The translations under genes and the position numbers were made by a program. Below the pieces are notes generated by a model. The model saw only the letters and a list, made by a program, of their open reading frames with translations, searched no databases and was not told where the DNA came from. DNA of 64,000 nt from an uncultured Lachnospiraceae bacterium (GTDB lineage Bacteria; Bacillota; Clostridia; Christensenellales; UBA1242), in contig CAZQMZ010000001.1 of assembly GCA_964594865.1 (NCBI GenBank), positions 11,563 through 75,562 of the forward strand, given 5' to 3'. Positions 39,084-49,700 of the stretch are shown here, in pieces (position 1 is the first letter of the stretch; every line of letters begins with the position of its first letter).

Positions 39084-40430
39084 ATGGAAAAGTTGGATTT
39101 TGAAGAAGAAAAGAAAGATGAGATTTTGCCTGAAAAAAAAGGTAATCTTTTTTCGCGCTTGAGATCAAAAATCAGAAAACGTAAAGAAAAAAAACTTGAA
39201 GAACTTCAAAATGAAACGCTGACAGACGAAGAAAGCAAAAAACTTGAAGAAAAAATTGAAGAAGTAAACAAAGAAGTTTCCAACAAATCTTCAAACAAAA
39301 AGAAGATTTTGAATGTTGTATATTTCATTTTCAACATCATTTTGGTGGCTGGAATTCTTGTTTGGAACATTTTTTCAAGCGAAGATTTTTCTCCTCTTGA
39401 TCTTTTTGACTTAAATTATGGTTTCTTGGTTGTTGCTTTGGTTCTTTTGCTTGGCATTTTGACATTTGATGTTTTATCTATTCACAGAATGATATATCGC
39501 AAAACACTTCGCTCACGATGGGCTTTGTCATATAAATCAATGGCAGTTTTGAGATATTATGATGCCGTCACACCACTTTCTTCTGGTGGTCAGGCATTTA
39601 TGGTGACATATTTGACAGGGAGAGATGTTCCGGCTTCGACATCGCTTTCAATTCCAATTGCAAAGTTGGTTTTTCAAAATATTGCTTGGCTGATTGTCAC
39701 ATTCATCTGTTTGATCACTTCTTTTGTTATGGGATGGACAACTTTGGTTTCAGCAGCCAGCATAATTGGTTTTGTCTTGGCATTTGCCATGGTGTCTTTC
39801 ATTCTCTTCATTTCTTTATCGAAAAAGGCAGGAAGAAATTTGGTTGCATGGTGTCTTAAATTGCTTGTCAAAATTCGCATTTTGAAAGATTTTGATAAGC
39901 ACTATGAGAAAGTTTTGAACTTTGTTGAAGATTATCAAAACATCATGCGCGAATATAGTCATGCAAAATTTGATGTGTTCTATCAAATTTTCATGCATGC
40001 TTTGAGAATTCTATGCTTGTTCTCAATTCCATATTTCATATATTGCGGTTTCAAAGGTTGGGATCCTTCAAAGTTCGGCGAGTTTTTTGTTTATACAGCG
40101 CTCATCGATCTGGCATCAAGTTTCATTCCATTGCCGGGTGGAACAGGTATGAACGAATTGACCTTCACAGCATTGTTCAGCACGTATCTTGGTGGAGCAA
40201 CCTTTTGGGCTATGTTGTTTTGGAGATTTTGTTCATATTACTACTATCTCTTGCAAGGACTTGGAGTCATTACTTACGACACCGTCTATGGCAACAGAAA
40301 ATATCGTTGGGTAAAAAAGAAATTTGCATTGCAAGAAGAAAGTCGAGAATTTAGGCGAATGCAAATTGAAAATTTCAGACAAGAGAGAAATAAAAGAAGA
40401 AAAAATCAAAAAAAATTGAAAACAGAATAA
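39084..40430 (+). CDS. Lysylphosphatidylglycerol synthase TM-region (flippase-like) protein
   Basis: YDAVTPLSSGGQ, FIPLPGGTGMNE, WRFCSYY. Confidence 0.88.
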   Translation: MEKLDFEEEKKDEILPEKKGNLFSRLRSKIRKRKEKKLEELQNETLTDEESKKLEEKIEEVNKEVSNKSSNKKKILNVVYFIFNIILVAGILVWNIFSSEDFSPLDLFDLNYGFLVVALVLLLGILTFDVLSIHRMIYRKTLRSRWALSYKSMAVLRYYDAVTPLSSGGQAFMVTYLTGRDVPASTSLSIPIAKLVFQNIAWLIVTFICLITSFVMGWTTLVSAASIIGFVLAFAMVSFILFISLSKKAGRNLVAWCLKLLVKIRILKDFDKHYEKVLNFVEDYQNIMREYSHAKFDVFYQIFMHALRILCLFSIPYFIYCGFKGWDPSKFGEFFVYTALIDLASSFIPLPGGTGMNELTFTALFSTYLGGATFWAMLFWRFCSYYYYLLQGLGVITYDTVYGNRKYRWVKKKFALQEESREFRRMQIENFRQERNKRRKNQKKLKTE

Positions 40431-40481
40431 AAATTTAAGAAGAAGAAAGCTGAAAAATTTTGATTTATATGTATTATTTTT

Positions 40482-41021
40482 ATGAATAAATCAAAAACTA
40501 TTCACATGACAAAGAAAGATATCGCTTGGCTTTTTGCTTGCATAATTTTGGCTGTCTCGTTGGCTGTGTCAATTTATTTGGGCTATGCAGGATTTTATTC
40601 CTCTTTGACCTATCTCAAATCTCAATCAGACCTTGTTGTTGGAAACAATGTTTCTGTGGAAGTTAATCCAAATGAAGCAAGTGTTGTTTCATTCACTTTT
40701 GATGGGTCATATCTTCCAAATGAGAGTGTGCCACAAGTGATCAAAATCAATGCTTCTCTTTTGGATGAAGACTTGCTTGTGCGGGTGAAGGCGGTTGTTT
40801 TTGGAACTGATTATGACGTTGATTTTGAAACAACTGATCACTTCTTGAAAAACGAAGATGGATATTATTATTACGACGATGTGCTTTCGGGTGGAAATAT
40901 CATCACTTTTTGCAATGCAATCATTATGCCGGAAGGAACTGTCAGTGGAGAGCAATACATTCTGTCAGTCATCGTGGAAACTTTGAGTGAAGATGTGGAA
41001 AACATCTGGCAAAGTGAGTAA
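40482..41021 (+). CDS. Exported protein, possibly of the SipW-substrate/BsaA-like class
   Basis: N-terminal TM, then P....P, LVRVK, DGYYYY..VL motifs. Confidence 0.5.
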   Translation: MNKSKTIHMTKKDIAWLFACIILAVSLAVSIYLGYAGFYSSLTYLKSQSDLVVGNNVSVEVNPNEASVVSFTFDGSYLPNESVPQVIKINASLLDEDLLVRVKAVVFGTDYDVDFETTDHFLKNEDGYYYYDDVLSGGNIITFCNAIIMPEGTVSGEQYILSVIVETLSEDVENIWQSE

Positions 41022-41105
41022 TTTTATTAAATTTCTTGGTTTTATGTTCATTTTGATTGGACTTTTTTGAATTTTTAGTTTAAAATTGTTTTAGAGGATA
41101 AATTT

Positions 41106-41411
41106 ATGGAAGAGAAAGTCTATATTCCACGTCCGCCAAAAGAGCTTGTCAAGAAAGCGGATGAAAACAAAAGCGAAATTGAGCAAACAACTTCAAAGAG
41201 TGTTGAAGTTGAGTCTGTAGTCGAGCAAAAAGAACCTCAAATCAACGTTGAAGTTGAACCAATGGAAGATCTTTCAAAAGTTGAAGAGGTTGCAACAAAG
41301 AAAGTTAAAAAATCTTCGCCTCAAAGACTCTATAAGGGCATAGTTTGGACGGGAGTGATCTTTTCTTTTGCTCTAGTGGTGCTGTTTATCGTTTTGATGA
41401 TCATAATCTAA
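41106..41411 (+). CDS. Hypothetical tail-anchored membrane protein
   Basis: GAGGA RBS; charged N-part, single C-terminal TM. Confidence 0.7.
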   Translation: MEEKVYIPRPPKELVKKADENKSEIEQTTSKSVEVESVVEQKEPQINVEVEPMEDLSKVEEVATKKVKKSSPQRLYKGIVWTGVIFSFALVVLFIVLMIII

Positions 41412-41513
41412 TTTTTTCATAATATTGTGAAAAAAATATAAAATTGCACAGTTTTTTGTGCATTTTTTTTATTTTTTTGATTGTATTTTATAAATTTGTC
41501 AATATTTAATTAC

Positions 41514-41972
41514 ATGAAAAGACTTGTTGTGTTTATGTTTTTGCTTTGTTGCTTGGGGAGCACTGCATTGTTTAAGTTTGAATCCAATCCTTTGTTTAAT
41601 TTGGAAGGAGTTGAAAAAGTTTGTTTCATTGCCGATGCAGAACTTGTCGAAGCTGAAGGAGTGAATTGTGGAGATTTGGTCTTTAATTATTGTTCCCTTT
41701 CGACGGCGAAAAAGAATTTGAGTGAATATGAAAAGAATTCAATTGGTGTGGAATTTTATTTTCAAAGCGACGTGAATTTGGAGAAAATTTTGACCATTTT
41801 GAAAGCTGACATTGTGACAAAAATTGAATATGAAAATTTGACAGTGCTTTCTGCTTACACTCCTTATTATCAAAATTGTGTCTATGTTGACGGCAAAAAA
41901 ATCAATTTGCAAATTGCAATTTCTGACACAAATATCATTGCGGGCTTTCCTGTGTTGTTGACGGGATATTGA
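41514..41972 (+). CDS. ywmB: YwmB family protein
   Basis: SAYTP, INLQIA, IIAGFPVLLTGY C-terminus; next to spoIIQ. Confidence 0.75.
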   Translation: MKRLVVFMFLLCCLGSTALFKFESNPLFNLEGVEKVCFIADAELVEAEGVNCGDLVFNYCSLSTAKKNLSEYEKNSIGVEFYFQSDVNLEKILTILKADIVTKIEYENLTVLSAYTPYYQNCVYVDGKKINLQIAISDTNIIAGFPVLLTGY

Positions 41973-42041
41973 TGAGAACCAAAAAATACTTAAAAATGTG
42001 ACAAAAAACATAAAAAAACGCAAAAATTTATAAAAAAACTT

Positions 42042-42070
42042 GTTTAATTGGTGTAAAAATGGGCAAATAT
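42042..42070 (+). promoter_or_regulatory. sigF-like promoter of spoIIQ
   Basis: GTTTA-N15-GGCAAATAT. Confidence 0.65.
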
Positions 42071-42089
42071 CAAGGCATGGAGGTAAAAA

Positions 42090-42653
42090 ATGGAAATCAA
42101 TAAAGAAAATAAATTCAAAAGATTTTTCAAAAGATTTGGAGCACTCACGTTGTCTTGTGTGTTTGCTCTTGCAATTGCACTCACGGTTGCACTGACGGTG
42201 ACTGGTGGTGAAGAGGAAGAAGTTTCAACCACTGCAATGACATTTGCATTGCCTATGACGGATGCTGTGATTGTGAAAGATTATGCTGATGACAGGTTGC
42301 AATATAACAGCAGTTTAAATCGCTGGGAGATTCATCTTTCAATTGATCTCACATCGGATGACTTGACTGTCTATTCTGTTTGCGACGGTGTTGTTTCTTC
42401 CATTGACAACAATTCTTTGGAAGGGTATGTCATCACAATTGAGCACGATGACGGATTTGTGAGTGTTTATTCGTCACTTTCGAGCAATGTCTTGGTTGAA
42501 GAAGGCGACACGGTGACAGCAGGTCAAGCAATTGGAGAAGCGGACAGCTCTGCAACGAATGAATCGCAATCAGGAAGTCATTTGCACTTCACACTTTATA
42601 AGGATGGCTTGGAAGTCGATCCAAACAACTATCTTGATTTACAAAACAAATAA
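42090..42653 (+). CDS. spoIIQ: SpoIIQ-like M23 peptidase-domain protein
   Basis: TM plus LytM domain with HLSID and HLHF; sigF-like promoter; near spoIIID. Confidence 0.75.
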   Translation: MEINKENKFKRFFKRFGALTLSCVFALAIALTVALTVTGGEEEEVSTTAMTFALPMTDAVIVKDYADDRLQYNSSLNRWEIHLSIDLTSDDLTVYSVCDGVVSSIDNNSLEGYVITIEHDDGFVSVYSSLSSNVLVEEGDTVTAGQAIGEADSSATNESQSGSHLHFTLYKDGLEVDPNNYLDLQNK

Positions 42654-42784
42654 GGCTGACAATTCGAAAAAATTATATATTGAAAAATGCGTATTTCAAA
42701 GATACGCATTTTTTTATGAAATAAAGTGAAATTTAGTTGCCTTTTTGAATCTGTTTATGATATCATGATTTCGTGGAGGTTAAC

Positions 42785-43012
42785 ATGATTATTGATAAAG
42801 TTAAAGAACTTGTTGCAGAACAACTTGGAATTTCAAAAGATTCAATAACTGCTGAATCAAACATTGTGGAAGATTTGGGTGCAGACTCTTTGGATGTTAT
42901 TGAAATGCTTATGACTTTGGAAGAAGAATATAACATCACAATTCCTGACGAACAAATCAGTCAAATCAAAACAATTGGGCAGATAACTGAACTTATAGAA
43001 AAATTGCAATAA
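42785..43012 (+). CDS. acpP: Acyl carrier protein
   Basis: DLGADSLD phosphopantetheine site; GGAGG RBS. Confidence 0.96.
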   Translation: MIIDKVKELVAEQLGISKDSITAESNIVEDLGADSLDVIEMLMTLEEEYNITIPDEQISQIKTIGQITELIEKLQ

Positions 43013-43081
43013 TTTTGAAAAAACTTGCGAAATACAGCAAGTTTTTTTGTTGAAACATTCCTTTAAAATCGACAAAATTGT

Positions 43082-43110
43082 GCATATTTTGACAAATCCT
43101 CACATAGATT
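43082..43110 (+). promoter_or_regulatory. sigE-like promoter of spoIIID
   Basis: GCATATT-N14-CATAGATT. Confidence 0.7.
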
Positions 43111-43137
43111 GAAATATCAAAATCTATGGGAGGAGAT

Positions 43138-43395
43138 ATGAAACCATATATAAGAGAGCGCACATTGCAACTTGCAAATTATATTTTGCAAACAAAGGGC
43201 ACAATCAGGCAAACTGCAAAAGTTTTTAATTTAAGCAAGAGCACGGTGCACAATGATTTGTCGAGAAGATTGAGAAAAGTGGATGAAAAAGTGTATGAAA
43301 ATGTCAAGGAAGTTCTAGATATAAATTTTGCAGAGAAACATATCAGAGGTGGTTTGTCTACGAAACATAAATATGAAATAATAAAAGAAAAATAA
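43138..43395 (+). CDS. spoIIID: Sporulation transcription regulator SpoIIID
   Basis: MKPYIRER, TIRQTAKVF..SKSTVH.D, HIRGG..TK.KY. Confidence 0.97.
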   Translation: MKPYIRERTLQLANYILQTKGTIRQTAKVFNLSKSTVHNDLSRRLRKVDEKVYENVKEVLDINFAEKHIRGGLSTKHKYEIIKEK

Positions 43396-43723
43396 TAAAA
43401 AATATAAAAAACAATAAAAAATAATAAAAAATTCATTAAAAAACGCAAAAAAATTGATTTTTTTGTGTTTTTTTAATTTTTTTGTCAATTATTTTATTTC
43501 AAATTCGCAAACGATGGAAAAATATTTTTTTATTTTTTCAAAATTATTTTTCTTAAAAAAAATAGAAAAATGTAAAAAAATAAGTGAAAAAATATTTTCT
43601 TATTATTTTTTGAAATTTCATGTCAAAGTTTTGACTTTATTTTTGCAGTTGTTTTATAATATATATAATTAATATGCCGACTAAAATCTCATCTCATTGC
43701 AAATATTAATTTTGGAGGAATGG

Positions 43724-46700
43724 ATGAAAAAATTCGCTCTTGGAATGTTAAGTGTTTTTATGCTTCTGGGTGGGCTTTTTCTTTTTACGGGATGCAACAA
43801 GCAAATCTCGATGACAGTTTCCGTGAACGAATTTTCAATTTCCACCAACAATGAAAATGCAGAAGAATATGCTTCCAAAACAATTGAGGTCTCTCTGACA
43901 AATTCTTCCGCCGGTGTGACAGTGGAAGTGATTGAAGGTGAAGACAGTGTCTATGTTTCGGATCTGTCAGGATCGAGTGGGTCTTATCGTTTTGTCATCA
44001 ATGCCACAAAGAGTGGTGACGCAAAAGTGAAAGTCACAGCTATTGAAGATTACAGTGTGAGCGAAGAAATTGTCGTGCATGTCAGCACAAGTTTGACAAA
44101 CATCACAACAGCCAATGATGATGAAAAAAATCTTTACATAGTTCGTGGCTCATATAAAGCTCTTGATGAAGAGTTCCAAAACACATATTTTGACATGAGT
44201 CCAGAAGATGTCAGCATCAAAGATCTTGATTGGACATTTGAAACTTCTTACACTCTCGCAGACTCCAAAATCTTGACAGTCGGTGGTGAAACATATGCAT
44301 ATATCGAGGACAACACAGTCTACGTCTTGGAAGATTGTGATTTGTCTGAAATTACACTCAGGGCAACATATGTCTATGACTCTGACATCTATACCACAAT
44401 CACATTTGCCATTTTGGACGACACCACAATCAACTCTTTCACATTGCAAGATGAAAACGGAGAGAAGGAGTTGGCTTCAAATAATGAAGAACTTTTGACT
44501 TCGGCAGAATTTTCTATCAAAAGAAACGATGACACAACCACTCAAAAATATTCCATAACCGGCACACTGGTTGTGAACACCACAGAAGATGTTGGCATCT
44601 CTTTGGTTGTTTTGCAACAGGATGAATATTATATTTGGCAAGAGATGAGCGATTATTCTTCTCTCTTCTCATTCTCGGTCAATTCCAAAGAAACAAACAC
44701 TGCTGGAACTCAAACCACTTTCACATTCACAATAAGCGGTTATGATGAAGATTATGCATATTCACAATATGGCACTTTCAAATTTTATTTCAAAATCTCA
44801 TATACAAATTACAACTATTTTGTGACGACAGAGAACTTTGACACACGAGTTGAAGTTTCATATTCTGCCGAATCAATAAGCTTGACTTCTTCCGACGGAA
44901 ATTCTCTCGGTGGTGACACAATCGACGTCTTTTCAAGTTATGAAGACAGTGAAGGCTATTTTGTCAATGTGCTTGTTTTGCCAACAGAAGTTCAAATTGA
45001 CAACAGCATGTTCTATATCACCATTGACATCACGCAATCTTCGCTCTCTTCGGTGATTTCACAAATTGGTGGTGACATTTCAAACTTGTTCACGATTTAT
45101 AGTGGCAACACGTTCTATGAATTCACAAGTGAAGGTGGCAACACGATTTATAAAACTGCCGATTTGAGCAACAATTCGAACATATACATTTTGGCAAGCA
45201 GCAATTTGTCGCAAGATTTGGAGGGAGTGACGATAAGTTTTGTTTCTTGCAGTCCGTCCGCTGTGCAAACAAGTTTGACTATGAATTTGTATAGAATCAC
45301 TCAGGGAAGTTTGTCTGTCTATGACTATGAAACAGGCGAGGACAAGGCTGTTGAAACACAGTATATCGCAACAAACTCATCTTCCAACAGTTTGTCATAT
45401 ACTCTCAGAATCGAAGGAATTTCATCCATCACAGGACTTGAGCTCGTCAGCGATGGAAATGAACTCTTCTCATTTTCAAATTTGACACAGACTGAATCTA
45501 GTACCGGAACAAATCCATATGTTGTCGTGACATTCACAGTCAGTCTAAACGGCGTAAATTTTGAAGATCAAACACAGTTTTGGTTTGAACATATCACCGG
45601 CAAGAGCACAGAAGCAATCACTCTTTCCGCCTTCATGCCTTTGACATCGGTGGCGATAATAAATGGAAATTCGTATTCGACAAGTGTGTTTGTAAGTTAC
45701 ACATCCACACAAAGTTATGTTGAAGCAAGTGGAGGAGTAAGTTCAAGTTCCACCATTTCAAACACAACTTTGTCACATCTTTTGATTGAAGCAGGGACAA
45801 GATTGCCACTTTCGAGTGAATATCAAACGCTTTCAAGTGAAGGAATAACTTTCACTTATCTTTCATTTGATTCTTTGGTGGAATATTTGAAAAATTATTA
45901 TAACTATGAAGATGATCAAGCAGAAAGTTATGCTTTGGAACTTTTCAACAGTGACGACGGAATAGATTTTGTTGCCAACAACCTTTATGGACAGTTCACA
46001 ACAATCGACTCGAATTATTTTTCCATAACAGAAAGCAGTTTGACATTGACAGAAAATGCTTTCAAAGGATATGTTCTTGCCACTTTCAGTGGTTATGACA
46101 TCAATCACAACCTTGTGACAGTTTTGAGATTTTTTGCAATTGAAAGTTTCTATTCTGTTTCATATCTTTCGTCAGACACTCGTGAAGAATTGTTATATTC
46201 AAAAGAAACACTTTCAATCGCTGATGAGGAACTTTCTTATGTTGAAATCACATTGTCATTCAGAACTGACACAAAAATTCCAACTTACACCGACAGTTTG
46301 CAATATTTCACTTTTACTTCCGCTCAAAATGCTTTTTCAAGTGCCACAGCATCTTCTCAAAATGACGTGATTTCAAATGATTATTATTCCATAAGCAATG
46401 TTCGATACACGAATTCTGGCAGATATTTGAAATTCACAATCACAGCAAACTCCACAAATTTGTTGACCATTTTTGTGGACACACTGACAATCACATACAC
46501 CGATCCAAATGGTTTGACAAGATCAACGCAAATTGTCATTCAAATTCGAAATGTCGATCGTGTGGAAAGTGTGACATGGGTGGACAGCACGGACGATAAT
46601 GAAATTTATTTGAGCACGACTTCCACAACTCAAACTTCCGCTTCAATCTCCACAATCATTTCTCCATCAAGTGCAAATGACAAGACTTTGAGTTATTATT

Positions 46701-49700
46701 TCCGTTCAGCAGGCGGTTCGGGATATTTGAGCATCGCTCAGCAAGGGGATGGAAACATTTTCAGTTTGAGCATTTCCAGCGCCAATTCGGGCGGGTGGGG
46801 ATATCTCTATATCCTGCCTTCTGACATGATTAAATCGGTTGACGGCGGAGAAAGAATTTTGCTTTATGATTACACAACCGACAGCGACGGCAACATTGTT
46901 GAAAGTCCGGTGTATATAACTTGGGATCAGTTGCCAGATTATTATGAATATTTGGTCAGCGACGGATCGGAAGATTATGAAACATATGGCGTTTCGACAT
47001 ATTTTCTCAATAATAACGGCGAAAGGATTTATTATTCCAACATTTTGTTGAGAATCAAAGTCACGGTCGCTGATGGAACAAGCGAAGAAACTGCTTACAG
47101 AATTTACACTGCAAGCGAACTTGCAAACATCAGTGACATGTCAAAATTTTATGAAATTATGAACGATTTGACATTGACAAATTGGCAAAGTTTTGAAAGA
47201 TTTACAGGAACAATTTTTGGCACGGACGAAACAGTGACTTTGACATTCACAGGAAACAGCGGAGCACTTGTTCAACAGTTGGAAGGAACAATCAGGAATT
47301 TGACTTTTGCTGGCCAGGTGAACACTTCAACAAGCGCAAACTATGCGGGTTTTGTGGTTGAGATAAATAATGGAACAATCGAAAACGTCTATGTTGACGT
47401 CAACTATTCTTCAAACACATATTCTTCAAGTGTTTTGACATCAACTGTATATGTTGTTGGCGGAATTGCTGGACAAAATAACGGAACAATCTCGAACAGT
47501 TTTGTCTATGGCTTGACCATCAATGCAACATCTGCCACATATATTGGCGGAATTGCTGGACAAAATTACGGAACAATTTCTGGCTCAGGTGTGGAATTCT
47601 ATACCTTCAGTGAAGGTGTGTATAACACTGTGACAGGCAACTCAAGCACAGTTTTTGGTGGAATTGTTGGATATGCTATGACAAACAGCACAATTTCGAC
47701 GTCATATGTCTATGCTTTCCCATTGACCACTTCAACCTTGACCTATTCCACACTTTTGTCTGTGGGAAGTGCATATTTGTTTGTTGGTAATGTCAGTGGG
47801 ACAACCACTGTTGACCAAAGTTTTGCCTTTTTTGGGAATTTAAGCAATAGCAATAGTTCTGTGCAATTCTCCAATTCTTACTACACATATTACAACGGCT
47901 CAACTTTGACCATAACACTTTTGAGTGTTACATATGAAAATCAATATTTTAACGAAATTACTGGTAATGTGACAGTCACAAAATCTGGTAATAGCGAAGA
48001 TTTCACTGCACAAACTGAAAATGTCAATCTCAGCCTTTTGCTGTCGAGTTTGGACAGTTCAATTTGGGTGACAAGCACCAATTCGAACAATTTTGACGGA
48101 GATGTCAACTTTGGATTTGCTTATCTTTCTGCAATAACACAAACGATTGCTGTGAACCTTTCAGGACTTGCTGTAAGTGATGTCGAAGGAAGTTATGTTC
48201 AAGCGTTGGCGGCGGCTGACAAGTCAAGCGGAATTTTGTTCTATACAAGTTTGACCACAAGCACAAATTCAACGGCGGACGAATCGGCTTTGACTGCGCG
48301 AAACACCATTTCCATCATGGAATTGTTTGGTCTTTCAACTCAAAGTCAGGCACGCGCACTCATTCTTTCATCGACTTCAACAAACATCACAATCAATGCA
48401 AACAACATTCTTTTGAACAAAACCACGACAAGTGAGTTTGAAATTGTTGTATACTCAAAAACTGATTATACAAATTACAAAACTTTCAAATTTATCATCT
48501 TGAACAGTCTTCCAACTTTGACTTTGTCATTGGGTGGAAACACTCTTTCAAGTGGAAGTGTGGTTCAGCTTCAAACAAAAACAAGTAAGAACATTCTCAA
48601 CTCAATTTCCAACACGATTTATCTTAATGGTTCACCATACATAACTGAAAACGATTACACATTCGCTGTAGATTATTCCCTCGTGGTCGATGATGCTGAC
48701 GACGAGGTCAATAATGCTGACGAAATTACAATTGAAGATTATTTAATCGTCACAAAAAGCAATTATATCATCCAATTGCAAGGAATAAAGAGCACAAGCG
48801 ATACTTTTGAAGTTGGCTCATATCTCACATTGAGTGGTTTGAGTGATGGATATGCGTCCTTAATCAAAGACAAAACAGAGAAGGCTTTCTATGTTTCTTT
48901 GTATGACGGCGCAACTTCTTTGGAACTCAAGAGTTCTCAAACTCTCTCATTCACATCATCGCAATATGTCGAATTGGATTTCACATTGACAACTGACAAC
49001 AGTGAAGACAACCTTGTGTTTGCACTTTCATATAACGGTGTCACAAAAAATGTTGTCGATGAAGATGGAAATGCATTGACTTTTGGTTCTGATACAAGCG
49101 TGGCGTATTTCCAACTTGACACTGATGTTCTCATAAAAGTGATTTGGACGAAAACACTGGGATCGAGTGACACAGAATATCTCTATCATGTGGTTGTCAA
49201 AGTTGACGAAAGCTGTTTGCATCTTGTTTCGCAGAATTATTCAAATATATTGTTGACAGTCACTCCATTGTCACAAAACGAAAACATTTCACAGACAGTC
49301 ACTCTCAATCTCAACACGCAAAAAATCAACGATGTTTCCATTCAAACATATTCAGTTGCCAACAGAAGCAGCTCTTCAAGTGGAACTTTTTACACTATTT
49401 CCAGCACAATTTTGAACACCTTAAGCCCATCAAGTGAGGCGATTGTGGCAGTTTCAGTCAGCCCAGCATATGCACTTATGTCATATCTCACCATAACATA
49501 CTCTGCTTCGGGCGACACAACTTCTGGAACACTTGGAACAATTTCCATTTCCAAACTTTCATATGGATCACAGGGATATTATGTGGATTCTTCCAACACC
49601 ACAAGCATAACCAACGGCATTAAGGTGACTTTGACAAACGACGACAAGACAGGCGACGGGGTTTATTATTTCAGAATCTATGTTTCAAGTTCATTTACGA

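Noticed and set aside
47459-47580. Short direct repeats ggcggaattgctggacaaaat inside the giant gene
   Set aside because: Explained by tandem GLUG protein motifs; not a DNA-level element
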